A stretch of DNA of 64,000 bases from Syntrophorhabdaceae bacterium (GCA_963666485.2 CAXXUO010000001.1:320001-384000); one strand, 5' to 3'. Positions 1-8,821 are shown, counted from the stretch's first letter. Made by a program: numbers and translations. Notes: generated by a model not told the origin, from the sequence alone.

Positions 1-72
1 CGATCTATGGCACCTTTCCTCGATCATCTGTTCCACCAATTTTTCATCATCTACAACGAGTATGGTTGCCAT
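1..72 (-). CDS. Response regulator receiver-domain protein, N-terminus only (runs off window start)
   Basis: Reverse strand from ATG at 72 reads MATILVVDDEKLVEQMIEERCHRS; ILVVDDE is the classic receiver beta1/acidic pocket. Confidence 0.75.
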   Translation of the reverse strand, partial: MATILVVDDEKLVEQMIEERCHRS

Positions 73-121
73 AGTTTAAAATAAGCAGGCCTTGCAGTGG
101 ATTCAATGGTCGAATGAGTCT

Positions 122-140
122 GGTTAGAAAATGGTTAGAA
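122..140 (+). repeat. GGTTAGAA direct-repeat pair (putative integrase arm-type sites), outside the left att
   Basis: GGTTAGAA at 122-129 and 133-140; same pair at 365/377, 6816/6827, 9751/9762. Confidence 0.65.
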
Positions 141-199
141 TTGGCTTCAACGAGCCAATCGTTGCTTTTTTCCTGCTTTCGTAATCTATCGATATTTAA

Positions 200-255
200 G
201 AGATTTAAATTGGAGGCGGCATCCGGATTTGAACCGGAGAATAACGGTTTTGCAG
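200..255 (-). repeat. att direct repeat (3' half of tRNA-Cys plus 11 bp); distal end of the island
   Basis: GAGATTTAAATTGGAGGCGGC...GGTTTTGCAG identical to 9830-9885; identity stops exactly at the anticodon loop CTGCAAA. Confidence 0.95.
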
Positions 256-364
256 CGAGCCGCCAGACCGCTCAGCAAGGCCAGTTGTCTGAATAATATC
301 ATGTGGATGACTTGGTTTATGACGTGGCTTGTTTGATGCTATTTTGTGCTGGTTTAAGGGGTCT

Positions 365-384
365 GGTTAGAAGGACGGTTAGAA
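365..384 (+). repeat. GGTTAGAA pair (putative arm-type sites)
   Basis: GGTTAGAA at 365-372 and 377-384, ~110 bp inside the left att. Confidence 0.65.
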
Positions 385-410
385 ATGAAAATGAAATAGA
401 TATTCAGGTG

Positions 411-1979
411 TTAATCTAGCAAATCAGAAATATACATTTTTATTTCTTTAAACAAACTTGGTGAATTCATAGCAATTTGTCTGCATAATAGTTGACGAAC
501 ATAATCTTCATTTCCAATATAGCCAAGTTCTTGGCATAAAATATAAAATTCAGAATGTTTCTCTGCGCGCTTGGCTTTTTTAATAGCATTTTTTAAACTG
601 TCAGTACTCACTGCAAATAGATTTGATAAGTCATCTATAATTTCATGACATTGATTCAATATCCATAATTCTGGGTGTATAGAATCTGGGAGTGTTATCA
701 ATCTTTTTTCCACCCATTCTTTTGCTGCCTCTTTCTTTTTTGGATTTTCAACTAAATTTATAAATTGCTTGAAATAATTATCCATTTCATTTCTTTTATC
801 CCCGTCAAGAATACCTAGGCATTCACCCACTTTAAGGTTTTTATATCTCGCCGATAATTGCCTGATTAACGATGATGCCGATCCTATCGGGATAATATTA
901 ACCCGATTACGAATCTCGTGATCAAAAAAAGAATGCACGACATTCATGGCACAGTTATCTTCTACAAATATGTCGAGTTCATTACTATTTTCACCCGCGA
1001 GCTTGCCACCTGCGAAAGATGGTGAAATTCCTGATGTTACGATGGTCGAATCGCCTGCATGTTCGATGAAAAAACGTGCCTCGGGGGGAACATTTCTTAA
1101 AATATTTGTTGAATGAGTCGTGCATATAATTTGTATATGGCGATTTTCGCAAACTTTTTTTAATTCCTGTATGAACTTTGCCTGAGCTTCTTCATGAAGA
1201 CCCAGCTCTATCTCATCGATGACTAGCAATGCTCCGCCAGAACAGGCAAAAATTGTGGAAAAAATCTCAAAGAGAGCATTTTCACCCGCTCCCATATTAA
1301 AACCTGAATATGTAATTCCGTCGTTTATTACCATAGGTAAATGATATTTGCTGTATTCGTTGTACCAGAAATTCTCATAGCTATTACCCAGAATTTTACT
1401 TACTACTGCTTTTACAGATTCTTCCCAACCGCGAGGTGCGGTACGCATGAAGAATTTTTTATAACTGCATGAGACACTTTTTTCCGAGTGTGGCACAACT
1501 CGTTCTATTCCGAAAAAAATCACGTTTTTTCTAACCCGCCTTGAGTATTTATTCCATTTTCCACCTTTAGTCTTATATCTCGCTTGATAGGCAAATCCAA
1601 TACCATCCGGAATTTTCGGAGTTTTCTTCCACTTATTATTTAAAAATAAATACCTAATATAGATACCTTCGGGCGGCACTTCTTCATTCGTTTGAAAGAA
1701 AAAATCTGAAAAAGTATAATATGGTTCTTTTCGAGACGGTAATTTGAATCCTTCAGGAGAATTATGATAAGCACATGCAGCTAAGGCAAGAATTGTTGAT
1801 TTTCCACTACCATTTTTTCCAGCAATGACCGAGATTGGATATTTAAATCTTATTTGGAATGCCTTAAGCCCCCTAATTTGGCCTTCAATTAGTGATATTT
1901 CATGTAGTGTGACTTGCGTATTATCGTATGGAAACCACTTTAAATTCGCCCTATCAAGATCAGAATATCGATATGGCAT
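411..1979 (-). CDS. ABC-ATPase + TOPRIM nuclease (OLD-like ATP-dependent endonuclease), putative defence protein
   Basis: Walker A GKNGSGKS, signature-like MGAGE, Walker B LLVIDE, H-loop TTHS; C-terminal TOPRIM motifs IFVED and ILDGD. Confidence 0.85.
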   Translation of the reverse strand: MPYRYSDLDRANLKWFPYDNTQVTLHEISLIEGQIRGLKAFQIRFKYPISVIAGKNGSGKSTILALAACAYHNSPEGFKLPSRKEPYYTFSDFFFQTNEEVPPEGIYIRYLFLNNKWKKTPKIPDGIGFAYQARYKTKGGKWNKYSRRVRKNVIFFGIERVVPHSEKSVSCSYKKFFMRTAPRGWEESVKAVVSKILGNSYENFWYNEYSKYHLPMVINDGITYSGFNMGAGENALFEIFSTIFACSGGALLVIDEIELGLHEEAQAKFIQELKKVCENRHIQIICTTHSTNILRNVPPEARFFIEHAGDSTIVTSGISPSFAGGKLAGENSNELDIFVEDNCAMNVVHSFFDHEIRNRVNIIPIGSASSLIRQLSARYKNLKVGECLGILDGDKRNEMDNYFKQFINLVENPKKKEAAKEWVEKRLITLPDSIHPELWILNQCHEIIDDLSNLFAVSTDSLKNAIKKAKRAEKHSEFYILCQELGYIGNEDYVRQLLCRQIAMNSPSLFKEIKMYISDLLD

Positions 1980-2003
1980 ACTATTTCCTTAATGTTTTAT
2001 ATT

Positions 2004-3725
2004 TTATTTCCATTGAAATGTTTCGGCTGCCAAGTCCGCAAGATTCTTCTGTCTGGAAGTAACTTCGTCGATACCGAGCTTATCTATCTTGGCAACCTTG
2101 TTAAAAGCCTTCGCCATTGTACTGCCACCAGGCATCGCTGTTACAAGTCCCTTGCATTGGATAAAAGAACTGTTTGCATAGACCTCTTTCTTGCTCATAA
2201 CGCTGGCATCTTTAATTGATCTGTTTAAGGGCTTTTCAATCAGGACAAGATTACCAAGTCTTTCGACATTTTCGGCGTGTTCAGCTTCGTTCATAGAAAG
2301 TATTTTTGCAGCATCAAATTTTCTCGGAATGATATGTTCGACTTCATAATTGGAAAATTCATTGATCGCTTTGTAAGCCCCGCCTGTTGTTTCCCTCAAA
2401 AACCCCTCGATGCGCAGCAACAGGTAGACTAATTTTTTCTTCGAGATATCGTTAATTTTTAAATTTAGCAGCTTGTCGTAAGCCAATTGCCCTAACCTTC
2501 TAACTTCGGGCAAAATAGTTTTCCTGATTAATTCTGACACTTGATCATCCGATTTGCATTGAAGCAAGCCTTGTGTCCAATCACTGAAAGTTTTTTCTAT
2601 GGCGCCAGTATAAGATCGCTGTACGGAATACGAAATTAAAAGAGATTCAACCGCAGCCAGAATGCTATCGTAATTAGCACTTGCGGGACTAATCTGCCTC
2701 AACGATATAAGCAAAGGAAAGAACTGTTTTCCTTTTTCAGATAGCCTTCTGATATTTGCTATTTTTTTACTATCGGTACCATCTGGAGCTTTACCATTAA
2801 TAATATTTCTATAAGCTTCAGCAAAACTTTGAACCCTGGTTATAAAATCGAAAGGCGTCCGAGTTAATTCGGTATTTAGCGGATTTTTTATCCATTCAAA
2901 TACATCGTCTTCTGGTATTTTTTTGCTATAGGCGACCAGAATGTAATATTTTAGAAATCGCTTCTCGCTTTCATTTAATTTATCGAGGGTTTCTTTAAAT
3001 TTATTCCATTCGGACTTTAGTTCATCCCAATTTGATTCATCTTCATTGGCGAAAAGGGCACTTTTAACCAGATCGATCGGGGTTAGCGATTTTCCTTTTG
3101 AATTTAATGTCTCAAACACCATTAATGCCTGTCGCATACTATATGCAATGTAAGGAAGAACTACGACGTTCGATAAAATATAATTAGTAAACTTTTCAAT
3201 TGGTATTTCAGGCGCATCGAAATAACTTTCGACAGCCATGAAAGCGTTTTTCATATTGGAAATTGTATCGTTAAAATCCTCAAATAATTTGACCTTATCG
3301 GGATCCTCGACTATCTCTCTGATCAATGCATCTGCTCGAAGATCACTGAAGATAATCCTGAATTTACTTTGCAGTTTTCCCTCTTCCATTCTTTTATAGG
3401 CGATGAGTTGTCCTAAGAAGCCGGCCATTTCAGTATCGCCTTTTTTTAAAAAATAATTTTTGAGGGCGGCAATGATAATGAAAAGAGTGGTCAATCTTTG
3501 TTGGCCATCGATTATCATAAAATCTTGTCCATCATCAATTAACACAATCGCACCAATAAAATATTTTTGGTTGTCATCTCTTTGATAGCTATCGGCAAAG
3601 TCATTTAGCAACTGCGAAACATTTTCCTCTTCCCATACGTATTCACGCTGAAAATCTGCCACACAAAAGAATTGATTGAATAAATCATGAACCGATATTG
3701 AACGGTCATTTCTGAAATTTTCCAC
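2004..3725 (-). CDS. GmrSD-family (DUF262 + DUF1524/HNH) modification-dependent restriction protein
   Basis: FQREYVW, IIDGQQRLTTL, FETLNSKG (DUF262); EVEHIIP...LGNLVL...N (HNH); GTG start with AAGGGGA RBS. Confidence 0.9.
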   Translation of the reverse strand: MENFRNDRSISVHDLFNQFFCVADFQREYVWEEENVSQLLNDFADSYQRDDNQKYFIGAIVLIDDGQDFMIIDGQQRLTTLFIIIAALKNYFLKKGDTEMAGFLGQLIAYKRMEEGKLQSKFRIIFSDLRADALIREIVEDPDKVKLFEDFNDTISNMKNAFMAVESYFDAPEIPIEKFTNYILSNVVVLPYIAYSMRQALMVFETLNSKGKSLTPIDLVKSALFANEDESNWDELKSEWNKFKETLDKLNESEKRFLKYYILVAYSKKIPEDDVFEWIKNPLNTELTRTPFDFITRVQSFAEAYRNIINGKAPDGTDSKKIANIRRLSEKGKQFFPLLISLRQISPASANYDSILAAVESLLISYSVQRSYTGAIEKTFSDWTQGLLQCKSDDQVSELIRKTILPEVRRLGQLAYDKLLNLKINDISKKKLVYLLLRIEGFLRETTGGAYKAINEFSNYEVEHIIPRKFDAAKILSMNEAEHAENVERLGNLVLIEKPLNRSIKDASVMSKKEVYANSSFIQCKGLVTAMPGGSTMAKAFNKVAKIDKLGIDEVTSRQKNLADLAAETFQWK

Positions 3726-3806
3726 TGGTTATCCCCTTAAGGAAAAATAAATAAATGCTTAAATCATTGAAATTCTCATGATTTAATTAGTTTTATGTTT
3801 AACCAG

Positions 3807-3835
3807 ATATTATTATCCACAATTTAAAATGTCAA
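3807..3835 (-). promoter_or_regulatory. sigma70-type promoter for the GmrSD/ATPase-TOPRIM operon
   Basis: Minus strand TTGACA-N17-TAATAT; spacer contains TTATCCACA (3813-3821 on +). Confidence 0.6.
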
Positions 3836-4338
3836 TAAACAATGAGAAAATTACGGATATAGAGTATTTTAGGCGCAATTTATTTGTTAAAATGGTTTTC
3901 TATGCAGTGTATGACATGTCTTTCATGGGTTATCGCTGGCAAATATTGAAATGTCATATTTAAATACTGACCAGCTTTTCGTCGATTACTAACAGTAAAA
4001 TCTTATTAATTATCAAGACAAATTCATTTTATCCATTCATATAAGAAGGAAAAAAACAGCGATAAGAATTGTTTGCCTCTCCTGTGACCGCAACGTTTTC
4101 CTTCATTGGCAAGCTGCATATTACCAAAAAACCATAATAAAAAATCTATTACGAAAAATCAGACCCATTCAAAATTCCTGCCTGATTGATAAAGAGCAAC
4201 AGTTGGACTTTTTTTACCCTGCGTTTTCCTGGTGATAGCACATTGGGCTTCTCACAAAGATTGTATATGAACACTATTGACTATCGGTACACAAATCTGG
4301 TCGTCGCAGACAAATCTATTCAAGGGGAGGTGGTATTC

Positions 4339-4389
4339 GTGGACCTTATCTTCGCGCTCCTGTTGGCATGGCTGATCGGTAAAAAGTAA
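4339..4389 (+). CDS. 16-aa hydrophobic peptide MDLIFALLLAWLIGKK, candidate type I toxin
   Basis: Strong RBS AAGGGGAGGT (4322-4331) before GTG; single hydrophobic helix with terminal KK; hairpins follow. Confidence 0.45.
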   Translation: MDLIFALLLAWLIGKK

Positions 4390-4625
4390 ACCGATCCACC
4401 ACAGGCAGGCTCGTGCATTCACGAAATGTTACATGCTACGGAACGCACGGGCTTGCCTCTGCCATCGAGAGCGACGAGGTGACGAAAAGTTTTGGTTACT
4501 GGACAGGGATAACGAGGCTTGCTTCAGGTTGCTTCGGGACATAGAAGACAGACATTCTTGTATTTATGCTCACAGGGCGCCGCCTGAGCAAACCTCAGCG
4601 AAAAGGGGACGAACCTCAGCGAACA

Positions 4626-4856
4626 TCACTTCTTCTTTTTAGGAGAAGCCTCTTCCAGCTTCTGAATTCTTTCTTCAAGGCTTTTCAGTGCATCGCTCAC
4701 CGTTGGGGTTTTATCAAAATACTGGTTAAGCGCATCCTCAACCACTGAAGATATTGACATCTCCTTCTCTTCAGCCACCATTTTTAGCTTATCTTTCATG
4801 GCAAGCGTCATGCGAAGCTGTACTACTTCTGTCTTTAGTCTTCGTCTACGAATCAT
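4626..4856 (-). CDS. Ribbon-helix-helix (CopG-like) DNA-binding protein
   Basis: VVQLRMT beta strand, then helix-turn-SISSVVEDAL helix; C-terminal coiled coil; start may be upstream (4892). Confidence 0.7.
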   Translation of the reverse strand: MIRRRRLKTEVVQLRMTLAMKDKLKMVAEEKEMSISSVVEDALNQYFDKTPTVSDALKSLEERIQKLEEASPKKKK

Positions 4857-5104
4857 GGATGCGATTGTATCAGGTTTCGGAAAGCCTTTCAATCAATATC
4901 AATACGTTTGGCAATACATTGTAATGATTGATGTATATACATTTGTATTGACACATGGCAACACTTGTGGTCCAATATCGAACCTGCTTGTCTGGTTCAG
5001 GACGTTCGGTGCAGGTTGGGTCGTCTCGGGAAACACAGGTGATCCATATCATTACTCGGCGCCCCCATGAAGGCAACGCCAATAATAATTTAAAGGAGTT
5101 AGAT

Positions 5105-5374
5105 ATGAAGAACCAACCAAGGATTAAACAAACAGAATTGGCGGGTAGTTTGGAATTTGGACGTTACACAGCAGGAGCCGAACTTACACCAGAGGAATCC
5201 ATACGTGGTTTCTGCTATACATGCATGTTCAATTTCTCATCAAGATTCGATGAATTGAGCCCTGAATGTGCCAATGACGAAGAATGTCCTTTATATCCTT
5301 ATTCTCCGTTCCAAGAGGGGAATATAAAGGTCGACCCGCGCGACAGAAGGGACTACATCATCATCAATCCGTAA
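5105..5374 (+). CDS. Small Cys-rich hypothetical protein (possible Zn-binding)
   Basis: AAGGAG RBS before ATG 5105; IRGFCYTC...C...CPLYPY. Confidence 0.6.
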   Translation: MKNQPRIKQTELAGSLEFGRYTAGAELTPEESIRGFCYTCMFNFSSRFDELSPECANDEECPLYPYSPFQEGNIKVDPRDRRDYIIINP

Positions 5375-5442
5375 AACGTGAATAGCAAGCAGAAGGTCTT
5401 CCAATAAGGCCTTCTGCGCACTATCCAAAGGAGGGTATTGCT

Positions 5443-6309
5443 ATGACTATACCGCGGTATAGACGAAGAACTGTTTCCGCACGGGATCTTCAAATTAAAG
5501 TTGTGAAAAATATTAATCTGCTCGACAGGCCATTATTCATCCCATCCAGAACACGGGTAGAGCAGGACGTGTATAACGATCAGAACGGATATGAGATATC
5601 ATGTCCGACCGGTCTTCCGGTGTCCAAAGATATCGATCTTCTGAATCTATTATTGCATAAAACACAGGCTACGCGGGGGCTGCTTACAGTCGAGTTTGAT
5701 TCAATGTCGGATTTACTCCAGGAACTGGGGTATAGCGTCGGCGAAAAAAATTATGCAGCCGTCCGGCAATCGTTGGAATGCTGGGGACAGACCCAAATTT
5801 GTTTTCAACAGGAATCGCTGTATATCGGCAGGGGCCGGTATGGCGGATTACCGAGGACGCACATATTGCAGGTCAGCCACCCTCATAATGGGCTTCGCAT
5901 TGAATTTAACAGACATTTTCTGGATCTCAACAATTCGTCGAGTTATGTGATGAAATTCCCGCTGAAGTTAATGCCGAAGTTTACACCCTTCTCTAAGAGA
6001 CTATTCGAGATTCTTCGGAAGAATGAGAAGAACTTCGAGCAGGAATTACAATGGAAAATTTCATTAGATAAACTTCGTCGAAAAATGCCCATAATAAATG
6101 GCTTATCCAATGCCAAATTTGTATATCAGGTTAAAGATTCCTGCAATGAGATCAACGAGAAAATGCACCGTTACGGGATGCGGCACGGCTATGCAGTCGA
6201 ACGAGGCGGCCGAAGATACCAAATATTCATCTTCAATAAAGGATTGATGGAGCGTCGTACTGCGCGGGATACAATTCGTACTGAAGGGCTATTATTTCGT
6301 ACTTCATGA
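5443..6309 (+). CDS. Replication initiator protein (Rep_3/RepA-like winged helix)
   Basis: AAGGAGG RBS; SKRLFEILR...WKISLDKLRRKM pattern typical of iteron-binding initiators; phased iterons at its 3' end. Confidence 0.7.
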   Translation: MTIPRYRRRTVSARDLQIKVVKNINLLDRPLFIPSRTRVEQDVYNDQNGYEISCPTGLPVSKDIDLLNLLLHKTQATRGLLTVEFDSMSDLLQELGYSVGEKNYAAVRQSLECWGQTQICFQQESLYIGRGRYGGLPRTHILQVSHPHNGLRIEFNRHFLDLNNSSSYVMKFPLKLMPKFTPFSKRLFEILRKNEKNFEQELQWKISLDKLRRKMPIINGLSNAKFVYQVKDSCNEINEKMHRYGMRHGYAVERGGRRYQIFIFNKGLMERRTARDTIRTEGLLFRTS

Positions 6310-6460
6310 CATGACGTTCGTACTTGGCGGGATGATTTCTCGTACTTTACGGGATAGAAAATGCTCTAAACCATTGGGGGCCAAGGGTATCTGGCCCCTA
6401 GATATATATTTAGATACTATATGTACATCGATATATTCTTTTGAAACTAGGTTTTTGATT
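6255..6460 (+). other. Iteron-type replication origin: five iterons plus AT-rich tract
   Basis: TCGTACT at 6255, 6276, 6297, 6318, 6340 (period 21,21,21,22), three followed by CGGGAT; AT-rich ~6399-6460. Confidence 0.75.
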
Positions 6461-6815
6461 CCCGTTCTCCGTACGTTCGCGTTGCTCACTTGCCACTCCG
6501 AACGGGGGGGTTTCTAAAAGAAGACCCCAAAAGCATCTTGTACTGTTCTGGTGCGCACCTTAAGAGGCTCTTTCCCTGACGAATCTAATGCTCTTGTACG
6601 TGGGATTTTACGTTTTCATATAAAACGATCGCCAGAACGCAAGTGCCGACGTCTGAGAAGCATCCTGCAAAGAACTTGAATATCATTTTGACGCAGTATT
6701 CCCGATCCGAGTACAGCGGCACGCTTAATGACAGTTGGCGTTGTGCACGCCGACCATACTCCTTGTCATAAGGTCGACATACTGCACAGACAGTCACCAA
6801 AATTAATGGCCGGCC

Positions 6816-6834
6816 GGTTAGAAAGCGGTTAGAA
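6816..6834 (+). repeat. GGTTAGAA pair upstream of the integrase
   Basis: GGTTAGAA at 6816-6823 and 6827-6834. Confidence 0.6.
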
Positions 6835-6910
6835 GACGCTTGTGAACGCTTTATAAACGCGCGGTTCCGATGGGACAGCAGGTTACCTTAACCGTTATTC
6901 AAGATTGTTC

Positions 6911-6938
6911 TTGAACCAATCCCGAGGTCTCCTATAAT
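6911..6938 (+). promoter_or_regulatory. Putative integrase promoter
   Basis: TTGAAC-N16-TATAAT; RBS AAGGAGGT at 6986-6993. Confidence 0.5.
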
Positions 6939-6998
6939 GAAGTCAATTAAATATAAACGCTTGATAGAAGCCAACATACAGCAAAAAGGAGGTACACC

Positions 6999-8090
6999 AT
7001 GCAGGGAAGTATCGTAAAGAAAGGATCAGTTTATTATGCAGTTATCGCCTTAAGTCACATGAAGCGAAAATGGTACAAGGGAGGGGATACTCGAAAAGCA
7101 GCACAGAAGGTCTTACGTGAGAAGCTTGGAGAACTTGACGCAGGGACGTACAAGGAGATACCCAAGGCTACGTTCAAGGAGTTCATCGATCACTGGTTAA
7201 CCACATATTGCGAAAGCAACCTCAAGCCCTCAACATTAAAAGGCTATAAAAGCATCTTAACAGTCAATATGGTTGGCTTTCACGAACGTAAGTTAATCGA
7301 CGTTACGACAGGCCAACTGGCGGCACATGTATCGAATAGACTTAAAGGTGGGGCATCTGCAATGACGATGAACCACGAGGTGGCTCTCATAAAGCTTGTC
7401 TTTAAGCATGCGAGGCGGTGGGGATACGTCAAGATCAGTCCCGCTGAAGACCTCGACAGACCAAAGGCAACATCAAAAGAGATCGAGGTCCTCAGCCCTG
7501 ACGAGTTCAAACTGTTCATTGAGAAGTTACATCCCCATTTCCGAACCGCGTTTACGACAGCTTTTCTTTGCGGTCTGAGGGCTGGCGAGCTGTGGGCACT
7601 GCAATGGGGAGATATTGACTGGGTATCGAACAGGCTGTATGTACGGCGATCTGTTTGGAAAGGTCGATTTCAGACGCCGAAGACGAAGAAGAGTATACGC
7701 AAGATCGATTTACCGCAACAGCTAGTTCAAGAATTGAAGGTTTGGAAGCTTAAATGCCCTGTCAGTGAGCATGATCTTGTATTTCCTGGGCTTGAAGGTG
7801 GCATTGCGAACCATGTGAATATCGCTAACAGGCACTTCTACCCTGCCCTGCGAAGAGCGGGATTAAGGCACGTGTCATTTCACAGCTTACGTCATAGTAA
7901 TGCCAGTTTAAGGATACAGGCAGGGCAAAACATCAAATACGTCAGCGACCAACTGGGTCATTCGACGATTAAGATCACCTTGGATGTGTACGGTCACCTG
8001 TTCGATGACGTAAACTTCACAAGGCAACAAGTTGAGATGCTGGATGCTTGTTTTAATACCAAGAATAAAGAATCTATTACCAATATTTAA
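6999..8090 (+). CDS. int: Tyrosine recombinase / phage-type integrase
   Basis: N-terminal arm-binding-like domain; GLRAGEL (R), TPKT (K), HSLRH, LGHS, catalytic Y in DVYGH. Confidence 0.95.
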   Translation: MQGSIVKKGSVYYAVIALSHMKRKWYKGGDTRKAAQKVLREKLGELDAGTYKEIPKATFKEFIDHWLTTYCESNLKPSTLKGYKSILTVNMVGFHERKLIDVTTGQLAAHVSNRLKGGASAMTMNHEVALIKLVFKHARRWGYVKISPAEDLDRPKATSKEIEVLSPDEFKLFIEKLHPHFRTAFTTAFLCGLRAGELWALQWGDIDWVSNRLYVRRSVWKGRFQTPKTKKSIRKIDLPQQLVQELKVWKLKCPVSEHDLVFPGLEGGIANHVNIANRHFYPALRRAGLRHVSFHSLRHSNASLRIQAGQNIKYVSDQLGHSTIKITLDVYGHLFDDVNFTRQQVEMLDACFNTKNKESITNI

Positions 8091-8131
8091 TAATAGTTTC
8101 CAATTTTGTTTTTATTTATTACAATTTCAAT

Positions 8132-8797
8132 ATGAATAATACAATATATGATCAAATCAATAAAAACATATCTAATGTTATACAAGGCATACCGTCTGCC
8201 CACGTTAGCGATTACGATTACTTAATAGAAAACTTAAACAATTCAGCCAACGCTGGTTATCAGAGCCGGTACAAAACATACTGGAGACTGCATGGAGCTG
8301 GTCTATCACAAGATTATTGCGATATTTATTTTCAGTATTTACAGAATGCCGTGCTAAATCCCTTGCCACTCAAAACCCTTGTAACCGAACTTTACCAAGT
8401 ACCCTGCTCTCCAAATAGAAAAGCGATTCAATTTTCTTTTTGTACCAAACTTTGTCATATGATAGATCGCAAATTGCCAATTTACGATTCAAAAATAGCT
8501 GAATTCTATAATTTTAAGCGGCCTGATTCGCAAATATCTGCCGAAAGACGAATCAATATGTACATCAGATTCTACGAATTTCTGAAGGCTGAATATCAGA
8601 AAGTGCTTGATAGTAAAATACTTGATGAATCAATCAAATCTTTTAGGGTTTCTTTTCAGCCCAAGAATTTTACTGATATAAAAATCATAGATTCGTTGAT
8701 CTGGGGTTCAGCCCCAAAAAAAGTGAAAGAACCCTCACCCCGAGAACAAAATATTCAGAGATTATTGAAAATGCTTGCATCCGAAGAGGAGCATTGA
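8132..8797 (+). CDS. Hypothetical protein, possible alpha-helical (HhH-GPD-like) DNA glycosylase fold
   Basis: SFCTKLCH...LPIYDS and terminal IIDSLIW resemble the K...P-x-x-D...D-x-x-x-W pattern of helical glycosylase-like families; function not verified. Confidence 0.45.
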   Translation: MNNTIYDQINKNISNVIQGIPSAHVSDYDYLIENLNNSANAGYQSRYKTYWRLHGAGLSQDYCDIYFQYLQNAVLNPLPLKTLVTELYQVPCSPNRKAIQFSFCTKLCHMIDRKLPIYDSKIAEFYNFKRPDSQISAERRINMYIRFYEFLKAEYQKVLDSKILDESIKSFRVSFQPKNFTDIKIIDSLIWGSAPKKVKEPSPREQNIQRLLKMLASEEEH

Positions 8798-8821
8798 CAA
8801 CAGAAATGAAAAAATCGAGCC

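Noticed and set aside
211..255. Second tRNA-Cys gene
   Set aside because: Only the 3' half from the anticodon loop is present; it is the att repeat.
114..296. 60-aa ORFs at 114-296 and 9828-10010 sharing RFKLEAASGFEPENNGFA
   Set aside because: Translation of the antisense strand of tRNA-Cys/att repeat, not proteins.
411..4620. Retron or Gabija system
   Set aside because: No reverse transcriptase or UvrD helicase ORF is recognisable in the island.
6255..6346. CRISPR array
   Set aside because: 7-bp core with 21-bp period is far too short, and no cas genes; fits iterons.
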